A model generated the notes under the pieces. The model was given only the letters and a program-made list of their open reading frames with translations. It was not told where the DNA came from and searched no databases. Below, in pieces: positions 34,163 through 45,023 of a stretch of 45,247 nt of DNA. The stretch lies in NCBI GenBank assembly GCA_005239935.1, contig SBAZ01000013.1, positions 1 to 45,247 on the forward strand. The letters are read 5' to 3'. Made by a program: the position numbers and the translations under genes. Numbering within the stretch: position 1 is the stretch's first letter; each line of letters begins with the position of its first letter. Source of the stretch: Planctomycetales bacterium (lineage in GTDB: Bacteria; Omnitrophota; Gorgyraeia; Aquiviventales; Aquiviventaceae).

Positions 34163-36994
34163 TCAGCGAACCGGGGAGAACGGACTGCTTTGGGAACCCT
34201 GTTTCGGCTGGTGGTACGACGTCTCCATCTCAATCGGCAGTTCTGGATAGGCCTTGAGGGTGAGGGTCAGGAAGACCTCTTCCCCGTATTCCCGGTCGAC
34301 GCGATACACAAATTCGGCCACCCAATCGTGCAGGTCCCGGCGAAGGTTGTATTGGTACTCGCGGAGGTTCTCAAACCGCTTCGCACCTCCAACCACCTCT
34401 TTCCACGTGTAGCGGTTGAAGGCCCCGACCTGCCACTTTTCGGTGAGCCTCCAGTCCCACTGCAGGACGCTCTCCGTCTTGTCGTTCCTCGAGTAGCGGT
34501 GGCCCAGCCCTGCATACCACTGACCTTGGGGGATGAAGGAGAGTCCGCCGCGCGGGCCGGGCTGGAAGCCCACCGGCGCGGGGGAGGTGATGTGCGGCGC
34601 AGACTGCGCCAGCGGCTGGTCCTTGCCGCCCACCATGACCAGGTCCACGTTCCAGTCCGCGAACCGGGAGTCCGTCGTCCGCTTGTCGACGTGCGCAGGC
34701 GCGGTCCAGTCGGACTCCACCCGCAGCCAGGACCAGGGGTAGAGCTCGAGGTCAAACTCCCAACTGCCAAGCTCGCCGCCTCCCTTGTTGCCGCTGCCGG
34801 CGAACGTGTACGGCACGGACGCCAGCAGCCGCGCCAACTCCACGGTCTGCGGGCGCCCGGTCGGACCGGGCCGCTTCGTCTGCAGCTTGTTCTCGAGCCC
34901 GAAACTCAACTGGTTCAGGGGCGAGGCGGCGAGGGCGAAGTTGAGCAGGTCATTCGACACCGTCGGCTCGTGCACGTAACTGTACCCGACGCTCGGCGTC
35001 AGGACGTGCCGGAGCTGGTTGATGTTGAGCCCCAGGACGTTGGTCGTCAGCGGGAACACGCGGAAGAGCTTCAGGCTGGTGTCCACCCCGCCGGAGAACT
35101 GCCCGCTGAGGATGGCGTCGTCCGCCTCGCGCCCATGGGTCTGCTTGTCCTTGGAGTAGTACGTCTGCCGCACCCCGGCGCGCGGCGTCACTTCCAGCGG
35201 CCGCAGCAGGCCCAGCGCGTAGCTGACCTGCTCGAACCAGTCCGCGCGGATGGCCTCGGTGTCCTCGCCGGAGTTGGCGGTCTTGCTGTTCAGATTGGCC
35301 GCGTCGAACTTCGTCTCGGAGAAGAACCGCGTCTGGCCAATCGGGGTCTTGCGGATGTCCATCGTCACCCGGGGCAGCTCTTCGGTGACCGACTGGAACC
35401 GGTTGAGCCGCTTGCGCCCCACGGCGGTGAGTGCGTACTGCTCCGTGTTGGTCACCGAGGACACGAAACTCTCCGCCACGTCCTCATCGACGAACTCCTC
35501 ACGGAACAGGAACTCCTTCCGGAAGTTGACGTCGCTGTATTCCTGGAGGTCGGTGATCACCGTCGTGTCCGTGAGCGGACGCCAGGTGTGGCGCCACAGG
35601 ATGCGGTACCGGTCCGCCTCGGCCCCGTTGGGCAGGGCCGAGGGCGGCTCGGTGTCGTTCGGATCGGGATTGTAGTACAGCTTCAGCAGGCCCTTGCCCA
35701 TCCGCTGGTTGTCAAACTGGTGGTCGAGCCCGGTCCCCCAGCCGAAGTGCTCCCGCCAGTCCAACTTCACGGTGCCCTGATGCGCATCCGTACCCGGCAC
35801 CTTGTACCGATAGCCGCCGAGGGCGTACGAGCCCCACGGCTTGCGTTTGCCCGGAATGAGGAAAAACGGCGTCTGGCGGTCGGCCACCGTCAAGAACGGC
35901 AGGTACAAGAACGGCAGTTGGTCCACGATGACCGCCGCGCTGCGGACGCGCGCGAGTTTCTCGCCCGAGAAGACGATCGCCCGCTGGCCCGCGAACTTGA
36001 AGTGCGGCGGTTCGAACTCGCACGAGGTAATGTAGCCCGGGGTGACTTGATAGACGCCCTCGGCGATGTGCTCGACGCTGCGTCCGTGTTCGTGCCAGGG
36101 GGGCGCTGAGACCGTGCCCTGGAGGAACCGGCCCTTCTTGGTGTCCAGGTTGTAGTGCACCATCTCGCCCCGGAAGACCTGCGCACCCTCCTCGAGCCGC
36201 ACCCGGCCCTCGGCGTACACGTCGTGCGTGTCCGTGAACAGGGTCATCCGATCGCACGTGATCAGGGTATTCTCGAACACGACCTCCACGTCCCCCTCGG
36301 CCACCGCGAGCTTCCGGTCCGGCAGGCTGGTCATCTGCCGCCCGTTGATCCGCACGGCCCCCGCCGGAAGCCGCGGGCGACCAGCCAGGCTCGGGGAGAC
36401 GACTTCGGAGGGCGGCGGCTCGGCCGGCATGCCGCTGACGACGACCGGGCCCAACTCAACCGACGGCTCGCCGCCAGGCCGCGCGACGCCGGCAGGCGCC
36501 TCAGCCGCGACGGTGGGCGGCGCCGCTGGCACAGGCTCGGTCGGTGCAGGCCCGGCCGGAACGACGGCGGGCTGACGAGTCGCAGCCTCGCGGACGGCTT
36601 CGGCCTGTGCGCGGGCGCGCTGCTGCTTGGCATCCTGTTCGGCTTGACGCGCCAGCGCCTCCAGCTCGGCATCCCACCGGGCCTGCTCCGTGCGCAGCTG
36701 GCGCTCGCGCCGCTTCTGCTCCGCGGCATGGCGGCGCTGGGCGCGCTCCTCCTCGCGCAGGCGCGTCTCTAAGTCAGCCTGACGTTCACGGGGCAGCGGT
36801 TGGAAGGCGGGCGGTGCCTCGACTCGCTGCTGGCACAGGGTCTGATGGAGCGCGGCGCGGGGGTTGGCCGGGTCCACGCGCAGGATTGCGTCGGCGGCGG
36901 CCAGGCAGGCGGCATAGTTGCCCTCGCGGATCGCGCCCTTGACGTCCTGCCACAGTCGGGGCACGTCGGCGGCGGGCACGGCGTCCGGCGGCAT
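34163..36994 (-). CDS. lptD: LptD/OstA-family outer-membrane LPS-assembly protein homologue with a long N-terminal TPR/coiled-coil/Ala-Pro-rich extension
   Basis: OstA-like segment: DVYAEGRVRLEEGAQVFRGEMVHYNLDTKKGRF. LptD-like segment: GYITSCEFEPPHFKFAGQRAIVF...VDQLPFLYLPFLTVADRQTPFFLIPG. A long beta-rich C-terminal region follows. The true start is probably upstream, near 37063 (see findings). Confidence 0.7.
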   Translation of the reverse strand: MPPDAVPAADVPRLWQDVKGAIREGNYAACLAAADAILRVDPANPRAALHQTLCQQRVEAPPAFQPLPRERQADLETRLREEERAQRRHAAEQKRRERQLRTEQARWDAELEALARQAEQDAKQQRARAQAEAVREAATRQPAVVPAGPAPTEPVPAAPPTVAAEAPAGVARPGGEPSVELGPVVVSGMPAEPPPSEVVSPSLAGRPRLPAGAVRINGRQMTSLPDRKLAVAEGDVEVVFENTLITCDRMTLFTDTHDVYAEGRVRLEEGAQVFRGEMVHYNLDTKKGRFLQGTVSAPPWHEHGRSVEHIAEGVYQVTPGYITSCEFEPPHFKFAGQRAIVFSGEKLARVRSAAVIVDQLPFLYLPFLTVADRQTPFFLIPGKRKPWGSYALGGYRYKVPGTDAHQGTVKLDWREHFGWGTGLDHQFDNQRMGKGLLKLYYNPDPNDTEPPSALPNGAEADRYRILWRHTWRPLTDTTVITDLQEYSDVNFRKEFLFREEFVDEDVAESFVSSVTNTEQYALTAVGRKRLNRFQSVTEELPRVTMDIRKTPIGQTRFFSETKFDAANLNSKTANSGEDTEAIRADWFEQVSYALGLLRPLEVTPRAGVRQTYYSKDKQTHGREADDAILSGQFSGGVDTSLKLFRVFPLTTNVLGLNINQLRHVLTPSVGYSYVHEPTVSNDLLNFALAASPLNQLSFGLENKLQTKRPGPTGRPQTVELARLLASVPYTFAGSGNKGGGELGSWEFDLELYPWSWLRVESDWTAPAHVDKRTTDSRFADWNVDLVMVGGKDQPLAQSAPHITSPAPVGFQPGPRGGLSFIPQGQWYAGLGHRYSRNDKTESVLQWDWRLTEKWQVGAFNRYTWKEVVGGAKRFENLREYQYNLRRDLHDWVAEFVYRVDREYGEEVFLTLTLKAYPELPIEMETSYHQPKQGSQSSPFSPVR

Positions 36995-37133
36995 CGCCCG
37001 TCCAGGCGAAGGCGGTCCTGCGGCCGCAAGGGCCAGGGCCAGCAGGAGCCGGGTGGGTTTCAGCAGGGGCTCTCGCAGAATCGTGTGTGACGAGCGTGCC
37101 GCGCGTACCCGCTGGGCGGTTGCGTGGAGGTCC

Positions 37134-37859
37134 TCACCGCCGTCGTGAGGCCGGCACCGCCGCGGTGCGGGCCCGCCGCGCTGCGGTCGCGCCGGCGGTC
37201 TTCCAGGCCTTGGCCGACTCGGGCAGCCGCTCCCAATCCTGCAGGAACCGGTCGAGCCCGCTGTCCGTCAGCGGATGCTTCACCAAGGCCTCAAGGACGG
37301 TGAAGGGCATCGTCGCGATGTCGGCGCCGATGCGGGCGGCCTCGACCACGTGCATCGGGTGGCGCACGCTGGCCACGAGAATCTGGGTCGAGAACCCGTA
37401 GTTGGCATAGATCGTCTTGATGTCCCGGATGAGGCCCATGCCGTCGGCGCTGATGTCATCCAGGCGCCCGACGAATGGTGACACGCACCAGGCGCCGGCC
37501 TTGGCCGCGAGGAGCGCCTGGCTGGGCGAGAAACACAGGGTGACGTTCACGCGGATCTGCTGCGCGGAGAGCTGCCGGGTGGCCTTCAGGCCCTCCTTCG
37601 TCAGCGGGCACTTGACCACGATGTGCTGGTGCAGCTTCGCGAACACCCGGCCCTCCTCGACCATCTCCGCGGCGTCGCGGCTCGTGGTCTCCATGCTGAC
37701 CGGACCGTTGACCGTCTCGCAGATTTCCTGGAGGAGCGGAAAGAAGTCCTTCCCTTCCTTGGCGACCAGGCTGGGGTTGGTGGTGACCCCGTCGATCGCT
37801 CCCCAGCTCATCGCCTCGCGGATTTCGCCCAGGTGTGCTGAATCCAGGAAGAGTTTCAT
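37134..37859 (-). CDS. tal: Transaldolase / fructose-6-phosphate aldolase (short TalC/FSA type)
   Basis: [61 protein letters not shown]. Confidence 0.9.
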   Translation of the reverse strand: MKLFLDSAHLGEIREAMSWGAIDGVTTNPSLVAKEGKDFFPLLQEICETVNGPVSMETTSRDAAEMVEEGRVFAKLHQHIVVKCPLTKEGLKATRQLSAQQIRVNVTLCFSPSQALLAAKAGAWCVSPFVGRLDDISADGMGLIRDIKTIYANYGFSTQILVASVRHPMHVVEAARIGADIATMPFTVLEALVKHPLTDSGLDRFLQDWERLPESAKAWKTAGATAARRARTAAVPASRRR

Positions 37860-37875
37860 GCAGGTCCCTCGCCGC

Positions 37876-38853
37876 TTACGTCTCGCCCCGTCCCGTCTCC
37901 CAAACTAACACGGCCGCGCCGAGAATTCCAGCCTCATCTCCCAGCGCGGCCCGCACCACGCGCACGGCCCGTCCCGGCGTGCACATCGCCTCCGCACGGA
38001 GGGTGCGCCGCATGGCCGGACCGAACGAGGACCAGTTGTTCGCGATGCCCCCGGCCAGGATGATGCGCTCCGGGCTCAGGATGTTCACCACGTTGGCCAG
38101 CCCGAGGCCCAGCCGCCGGCCGATCTCGGCCCACACTGCCTGGGCGCGGCGGTCACCGGCGCGGGCCGCCTGGCCGATCCATCGGGGCGCGAGACGGCCT
38201 CCGCCGCGCCCCTCCATGATGTGCCGCAGCCGCGGCGCGCCTTGTCGTAGCGCCCGGCGGCCCAGGGCCAGGATCGCGGTCGTGCCCACCAGTGCCTCGA
38301 GGCACCCGCGTCGTCCGCACCCGCAGCGCGGCCCCCCGGCCTGCACGACCATGTGGCCAATTTCGCCGGCGCTGCCCGCCGCGCCCCGCAGCAGCCGCCC
38401 ATCGCAGATGATGCCCCCGCCGACTCCGGTGCCCAGCGTGAGGCACACGAGGTGCCGGGCGCCACGGCCCGCGCCCAGGCGCCACTCGCCGAGCGTCACT
38501 ACGTTCGCATCATTGTCGACGCGGCACCGGCAGCCAAGCCGCCGTTCAAACAGCCGTTGCAGCGGCACCTCCCGCCATCCCGGCACGTTCACGCAGGTAT
38601 GCACGATCCCGCGCGCCGCATCCACCGGCCCAGGGGCTCCGACGGCGAGGCCCCGCAGGCGGGCGGGACGCGCGCCGACGCTGCGCGCCAGGTCGTCCAC
38701 CGCGCTGGACACGGCGTCCACGAACGCGCGCGGGCCACGCAGCGCCGAGGAGCGGATCACGCGGCTGGGTCCTAGCCGCCCGGAGGGGGCGACCAGGCCG
38801 ATCTTGGTGTTCGTGCCTCCGAAATCAACGCCCACGGTCCACCGCCCGCTCAT
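37876..38853 (-). CDS. ROK-family sugar kinase (glucokinase-like)
   Basis: [25 protein letters not shown], zinc motif [24 protein letters not shown] overlap with the upstream stop (38850-38853). Confidence 0.8.
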   Translation of the reverse strand: MSGRWTVGVDFGGTNTKIGLVAPSGRLGPSRVIRSSALRGPRAFVDAVSSAVDDLARSVGARPARLRGLAVGAPGPVDAARGIVHTCVNVPGWREVPLQRLFERRLGCRCRVDNDANVVTLGEWRLGAGRGARHLVCLTLGTGVGGGIICDGRLLRGAAGSAGEIGHMVVQAGGPRCGCGRRGCLEALVGTTAILALGRRALRQGAPRLRHIMEGRGGGRLAPRWIGQAARAGDRRAQAVWAEIGRRLGLGLANVVNILSPERIILAGGIANNWSSFGPAMRRTLRAEAMCTPGRAVRVVRAALGDEAGILGAAVLVWETGRGET

Positions 38854-40139
38854 CCCGGTGTCCGCTCACCCGAGAGGTCGGGCGCCCACCGCGCCACCCG
38901 ATTGCGCCCCGCGCGCTTGGCGGCGTAGAGCGCCTGGTCGGCCCGGTCGATCAGCTGCGGCAGGGCCTGCGCATCCTGCGGAAAGCCCGCGAGCCCGATG
39001 CTGATCGTCTGAGTCAGCAGCTCATCGTAGGCGCGGATGGGGTGGACCTCGACGATCTGGCGAAGACGCTGGGCGATGGGCAGGGCCTGCTCCACATCGG
39101 TCTCGGTCAGCAGCATGATGAACTCTTCCCCGCCGAAGCGCGCGAGGAGGTCGATTTCGCGCAGATTCCGCTGCAGGAGCGCGCTGACGTCCTTGAGCAC
39201 TACGTCGCCGACGAGGTGGCCGTAGGTGTCATTCTTCTGCTTGAACCGGTCCAGGTCCATCATGAGGAGCGTGCATGCCAGCCCATGGCGTCGGGACCGG
39301 CGCAGCTCTTCCTCGGCGCGCTGGAGGAAGTAGGAGCGCACGAACAGCCCGGTCAGCGCATCCGTCACCGCGAGCGCCTCGACCTCTTCATAGAGGGAGA
39401 TGCGTGACAGCTGGAGCGCGAGTTGGTGGGCCACCAGTCCCAGCGTCGCGGCTCGCGGCGCGGACAGCTCCTCGGCCGCGAGCACGCCCAGCAGCTCCTG
39501 GTCCCGCCGGATGGGCGCCCACGTGACGCGCCCGGTCTGCACCGGCGCGTCCGGCGCCCGGCCGCCGGACGCTGCGCCCCGAGCCTGTTCAAGTAGAGCG
39601 CGGTCCGACTCGTCGGGCTCACGAGCCCCCTCCGGCAGGAACCGGCCGTCGCTGCTGCGCCCGGCGTGCCAGATCGTCGCCGGCTCCTTGACGCATGCGA
39701 TGAGGCGCAGCCGCCGCGCATCGAGCAAGCGCAGCGTCAGCTCCGCTGTCGTCGCGAAGAGCTCGTCCACATGGGCCGCGCGGGAGGCGTCCTTCGTGAT
39801 GTGGTACACCTCCGTCATCTCACTGATCTGCCGCTCCAATTGTTGTGTCGCGGTCTGCAGGGACAACAGGGCCCGTGCGGCTTCGGAGAGCCGCGCCAGC
39901 CGCCGGGCCTCTTCAGCCTGACTGGAGGCTAGCAGCGCCTGATCGCGCCGCTGCTGCGCGTCCAGCAGCCACGGCGTGGCCCCGAGCGTCACGAGCTGAG
40001 CCCAGCCGACCCAGGTCGTCAGCATGGTGGCCTGCGTCCAGATGAAGACGAGGAGCGTCAGGGAGGTGCACACACCCGTCGCCCACCAGGGAGAGGACAA
40101 CGCCGAGAGCATGGCCAGCGTCCACAGGGCCACGATCAT
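38850..40139 (-). CDS. Membrane-anchored diguanylate cyclase (GGDEF domain, GGEEF active site, RxxD I-site)
   Basis: N-terminal hydrophobic segments. DALTGLFVRSYF, MMDLDRFKQKNDTYGHLVGD, REIDLLARFGGEEF. ATG at 40139 gives an ATGA overlap with the upstream stop; an alternative GTG lies at 40148. Confidence 0.85.
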   Translation of the reverse strand: MIVALWTLAMLSALSSPWWATGVCTSLTLLVFIWTQATMLTTWVGWAQLVTLGATPWLLDAQQRRDQALLASSQAEEARRLARLSEAARALLSLQTATQQLERQISEMTEVYHITKDASRAAHVDELFATTAELTLRLLDARRLRLIACVKEPATIWHAGRSSDGRFLPEGAREPDESDRALLEQARGAASGGRAPDAPVQTGRVTWAPIRRDQELLGVLAAEELSAPRAATLGLVAHQLALQLSRISLYEEVEALAVTDALTGLFVRSYFLQRAEEELRRSRRHGLACTLLMMDLDRFKQKNDTYGHLVGDVVLKDVSALLQRNLREIDLLARFGGEEFIMLLTETDVEQALPIAQRLRQIVEVHPIRAYDELLTQTISIGLAGFPQDAQALPQLIDRADQALYAAKRAGRNRVARWAPDLSGERTPG

Positions 40140-41566
40140 GCCGCACACACCTGGTTCCGCCCCGCCCCTTTCGCCGCGTAGAGCCGCTGGTCGGCCACGC
40201 GGATGAGCTCCAGTTCCACCTGGCCGTCGTCCGGCGCGGCCGCGACCCCGACCGAGACCGTGACCGGCCGCTCGCCCGTGCGCCCGCCGCCCCGGAAGCG
40301 TCTCTCGATGGCCCGCCGAACCGCCTCCGCGACATCGCCGGCCTCCGGCCGCTTGGTCCGCGGCAGGAACGCCGCGAATTCCTCGCCGCCGTAACGCGCC
40401 ACCACCGCATCGGCAGGCAGCGTCGAGCGCAGCACCTCCCCCACCGCCTTCAGCACCAGGTCGCCGGCCGTGTGGCCGAACGTGTCGTTGTAGAGCTTGA
40501 AGTGGTCCACATCGAGCATGAGCATCCCGACCGGCTCCCGCGAACGCATCGCGCGGGTCAGCTCACGGGTAAGGGCCTCCTGAAAGGGCCGCCGCAGCAG
40601 CAGGTCGGTCAGCCCGTCGGTGACGGCCAGTCGCTGGGTCTGGGCGAAGAGGCGGGCGTTCGCCGTGGCCGTCGCCGCCAGGTCCATCAGGATCCCGAGG
40701 AAGCGCAGATCGTCCTGCGTGTAGATGCCGGGGGTCGGGCTGTCGAGCCGCAGGACGCCCTCCGCGCGCTGCCCCAGGACCAGCGGGCAGGCCATGACGG
40801 CGCTCACGGGCCGCTCGGCCAAGACGCCCATGGTGAAGCGAAAGTCGCGCCGCACGTCGCTCACCAGGAGCGGGCGCTGCGTGCGCAGGACGTGCCGATC
40901 GAACTGGTCCCCCAGCTTCGCGCGGATCGTCAGCCCCGCGCGCCGTTTGGAGGCCACGAGCGCCAGTTCCGACAGCCCCGGCTCGACGAGGAACAGCAAA
41001 CACGCGTCAGATTTGCCGATCAGCCCGAAGGCGCGCTCCACCACGAAGTCCGCAATCGCCGCCACGTCGCTCATCCCGACGAGCTGCTCGGCGATCGACT
41101 GCAGCTGCCCATAGCGCGCGTGCTTCCGCTGGAGGGCCTCGCGGGTCTGGCGGGCGGCCTCGATGGCCTGGTCCTTCAGCGCCTGCTCCTCGTCAAGATC
41201 CTCGAGGACCTGCCGCATGCGCACGATGCGGCGCTCGCGCCGCTGCCGCTGCCAGGCGGCCGCCGCGACCAGCAGGGTGAGCGCGGCCACATCGGCGCTG
41301 ATCGCCGGAGCCTGTCGCACGCCCCAGGCCCAGACCGCGCCCAGGAATACCAGCACGCTCAGCGCGGCCGCCACCGCCCGCCCGAAGACGACCCACGCGT
41401 AGGTGCCCAGGGCGACCAGAAAGAGGAGCAGCGTGTGCAGCAGCGCGGTGTCCTGCGCGCTGCCGCGCACGAGGTTCGTGACCACCGTTGTGCCCAGCAG
41501 GACGTACGCCAGGCCCACGAGGCCGCGCAGGATCAGGGTAGCGCGCAGCGAGGGTGCAGCGTTCAC
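40136..41566 (-). CDS. Membrane-anchored GAF-GGDEF diguanylate cyclase (GGEEF, no I-site Arg)
   Basis: About 4 N-terminal TM segments, a coiled-coil linker, and a GAF-like region. DGLTDLLLRRPF, MLDVDHFKLYNDTFGHTAGD, LPADAVVARYGGEEF. Confidence 0.85.
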   Translation of the reverse strand: MNAAPSLRATLILRGLVGLAYVLLGTTVVTNLVRGSAQDTALLHTLLLFLVALGTYAWVVFGRAVAAALSVLVFLGAVWAWGVRQAPAISADVAALTLLVAAAAWQRQRRERRIVRMRQVLEDLDEEQALKDQAIEAARQTREALQRKHARYGQLQSIAEQLVGMSDVAAIADFVVERAFGLIGKSDACLLFLVEPGLSELALVASKRRAGLTIRAKLGDQFDRHVLRTQRPLLVSDVRRDFRFTMGVLAERPVSAVMACPLVLGQRAEGVLRLDSPTPGIYTQDDLRFLGILMDLAATATANARLFAQTQRLAVTDGLTDLLLRRPFQEALTRELTRAMRSREPVGMLMLDVDHFKLYNDTFGHTAGDLVLKAVGEVLRSTLPADAVVARYGGEEFAAFLPRTKRPEAGDVAEAVRRAIERRFRGGGRTGERPVTVSVGVAAAPDDGQVELELIRVADQRLYAAKGAGRNQVCAA

Positions 41567-41609
41567 GGCAGCTCCAGACCGCGGCGGCGGGAGGGACCGG
41601 CCGATAGGA

Positions 41610-42712
<1,103 letters not shown>

Positions 42713-42713
<1 letters not shown>

Positions 42714-43555
42714 CAGCGTGCGAGGAGGCCGACGAGCCGGCTCAGGGTCGCGCGCAGATCGCGCCGGTGCACGATGAGGTCGATGAGGCCGTGTTCCAAG
42801 AGGAACTCCGCGCGCTGGAAGCCTTCGGGGAGCTTCTGGCGGATGGTGGATTCGATGACGCGCGGGCCGGTGAACCCGATGAGCGCCTTTGGCTCGGCCA
42901 GAATGAGGTCACCCAGGGTCGCGAAGCTGGCGAGGACACCGGCCATCGTGGGGTGCGTCAGCACCGACAGGAACACGCCCCCGCTGGCATCCAGTCGCAT
43001 GAGGGCGCTCGCGGTCTTGGCCATCTGCATGAGGCTGAACATGCCCTCCTGCATCCGGGCCCCGCCGCCGGAGCCCGAGATGATGATCAGGGGCCTGTGC
43101 GACTCCGTCGCGCGCTCGATGGCCCGGGTGAGCCGCTCGCCGACCACCGAGCCCATGGAGCCCATCATGAAGCGTGAATCCGTGATGCCGAGGACGACGT
43201 CACGCCCGTCCAGCCGCCCGGCGCCCGTCAGGCAGGCGTCCGTCATCCCGGAGGTTTGCTGCTCCTCCACCACCTTCTCGGGATAGGGCGTCGGCACGCT
43301 GAACTCCAGGGGGTCCGACGGGGCCAGGTCGGTGTCCCACTCCTCGAACGTGCCTGGATCGAACGTCATGCCGAGCCGCTCGCGGGCCGTGAGCGGGAAA
43401 TGGAAGTCGCACTTGGCGCACACCCGGAGATTCTCCTCCAGCGCCTTGTTATAGATGAGCTGCCCGCACGATTCACACTTCGTCCACAGCCCCGCGGGAA
43501 TCTCCCGCGTCCGGCGGCGCGACAGGCTGGACTGGCGTTTACTGAACAGTTTCAT
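42713..43555 (-). CDS. accD: Acetyl-CoA carboxylase carboxyltransferase beta subunit
   Basis: Zinc ribbon WTKCESCGQLIYNKALEENLRVCAKCDFHF, then GSMGSVVGE...SGSGGARMQEG. Internal ATG at 43555 is preceded by GGTGGTGGG. The stop shares 1 nt with the downstream ATG. Confidence 0.9.
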
Positions 43556-43698
43556 CCCACCACCTGCTCGCGTCCCGCCCGTGCGGGACGCGCGGCACGT
43601 TGCCATCTGGTCACTGGGACGATCCCGCGAGCCGCCGCGCACGCAGCGAGCGGCACCACCATCCTTCGTTCGATCGCTGCGACGGGCAGGTGGTGGGA
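43555..43698 (-). promoter_or_regulatory. accD 5' leader structure: a 13-nt perfect anti-SD/SD inverted repeat enclosing a 10-bp GC hairpin
   Basis: Plus-strand tcccaccacctgc (43555-43567) is the exact reverse complement of gcaggtggtggga (43686-43698). In the mRNA the 3' arm covers the SD and the A of the ATG. A nested hairpin cgcgtcccgc-ccgt-gcgggacgcg lies at 43569-43592. Confidence 0.5.
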
Positions 43699-43746
43699 CC
43701 GCGTGGGCGGCGCGGCAGCGCGCCGGGGACGTGCCAATGGGTTGCT

Positions 43747-43776
43747 ATCCTAGCACAGCGTCGAAAGCACCGTCAA
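43747..43776 (-). promoter_or_regulatory. Sigma70-like promoter candidate for accD
   Basis: The minus strand reads TTGACG-18 nt-TAGGAT (-35 at 43776..43771, overlapping the DUF1015 stop; -10 at 43752..43747). Confidence 0.4.
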
Positions 43777-45023
43777 TGCGCCCTGGGCACGGCACCGGCA
43801 GCCGACGGCTCGAACGGATAGAAGGTCAGCCCTGAGGGGACCTTGGGATCAAAATACGTGGACTTTGGCGGCATGACGTGCCCAGCTCGTGCCAGCTGGT
43901 ACACCGTCGGCAGAGGGATCTCACGCAGCAGCCAGGCAGCCTGCGCCGTGCCCTCCTGCAGGGCCGTCCAGACGTCTGCCGGCTTGCCGGTGTAGCGGAC
44001 CTGCTCAGGCGCAACCCCCGCCGCAGGCAGCACGAGGCCGTGCAGCACCGACACGTCCAGCGCCGCCAGCCCCTGCGGCTGTCCCGACCCAGCCATCCAC
44101 CGGGTGCGTGCCTCGGAGCGCACCTGGATCCTGTAGGCGGCGGAGCCTGCGCAGTAGCCGAAGCAGCCCTGTGCCGCGCCCTGACGCTGCACCCACGCAA
44201 GCGCCGCAGGCCCGTCGGCCACAGGCTCGACATCGCACGTCGCCGCCAGCACATCGAGGTCGATGGGGCCGTCGAGCAGCCGGTGGATCGGATGGACGAC
44301 CAGCGCCGGGTCGGCCATCGAGACGCAATAGGCCATGAGCCCGCGGCAGCGCCCGCGGTTCGCGGCGGCGACCTCGAACCGGTGGTGCCCATCGGCGATC
44401 AGCAGCGGCGACGCCGCCAGGTGCCGCTCGAACGCCGCCGCCAAGTCCGGGCCCTGCAGCGCCCAGCACTGGACCTCCTCGGCGCCCACTCGGCCGGTCG
44501 CGGTGGGCGGCCCGGCGCAGGCATCGCCCAGCGCCTGCTGCATCCGGCCGGCCTCGTCAGGATACACAAGAAAAACCGGCTCCAGATTGGCCCGCACAGC
44601 CTCGAGGAGTTTCGTGCGGTCCGCTTTCGGCCCGGCCAGCGTGCGCTCATGCTTCAGCACATCCGCCACGCCGGCCTCCAAGTCGAGGAGCGCGATGACG
44701 CCCAACCGGGTGCGACGCGCCCCGGCCGGATCCGCGAAGGTCTGCTTGACGGCGTACAGCGCCGCAGCCGCATCCTGCTCCAGGACGCCCTCCCGGCGCC
44801 ACGCGAGAAAGTCGGCGCGCGCGCGGGTGTAGCGGTTGTCGGCGTCCGTGTCCGTGGGGTGCTGCCGCCCAAGGATCAGGCGGACCACGTTGTGCGGCGA
44901 GGCGGCGTAGAGTGCCTCCTGCTCCGTCGGGGTGATCACGTCGTAGGGGGGTGCCAGGAGCGCGCTGAGGTCGCCCGCCGCGGGCGCGTAGCGCAGCGCC
45001 TGGAAGGGCTTAAGAGTCGCCAT
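43773..45023 (-). CDS. DUF1015-family protein
   Basis: MATLKPFQALRYAPAAGDLSALLAPPYDVITPTEQEALYAASPHNVVRLILG is the characteristic DUF1015 N-terminus. LIADGHHRFE. Confidence 0.75.
   Translation of the reverse strand: MATLKPFQALRYAPAAGDLSALLAPPYDVITPTEQEALYAASPHNVVRLILGRQHPTDTDADNRYTRARADFLAWRREGVLEQDAAAALYAVKQTFADPAGARRTRLGVIALLDLEAGVADVLKHERTLAGPKADRTKLLEAVRANLEPVFLVYPDEAGRMQQALGDACAGPPTATGRVGAEEVQCWALQGPDLAAAFERHLAASPLLIADGHHRFEVAAANRGRCRGLMAYCVSMADPALVVHPIHRLLDGPIDLDVLAATCDVEPVADGPAALAWVQRQGAAQGCFGYCAGSAAYRIQVRSEARTRWMAGSGQPQGLAALDVSVLHGLVLPAAGVAPEQVRYTGKPADVWTALQEGTAQAAWLLREIPLPTVYQLARAGHVMPPKSTYFDPKVPSGLTFYPFEPSAAGAVPRAH

Noticed and set aside
34082-34163. An intrinsic terminator between the lptD-like stop and the ugd start.
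   Set aside because: I found no convincing GC stem followed by a U-tract in 34083-34162. Only the TGgTATAAT promoter-like element stands out.
43552-43737. A 61-aa minus-strand ORF, and the N-terminal extension of accD (to 43642), inside the accD leader.
   Set aside because: Both are Arg/Ala-rich shadow-like sequence. The canonical AccD N-terminus (MKLFSKR...CESCGQ) starts at 43555 with a good SD. The region is better explained as a structured leader.
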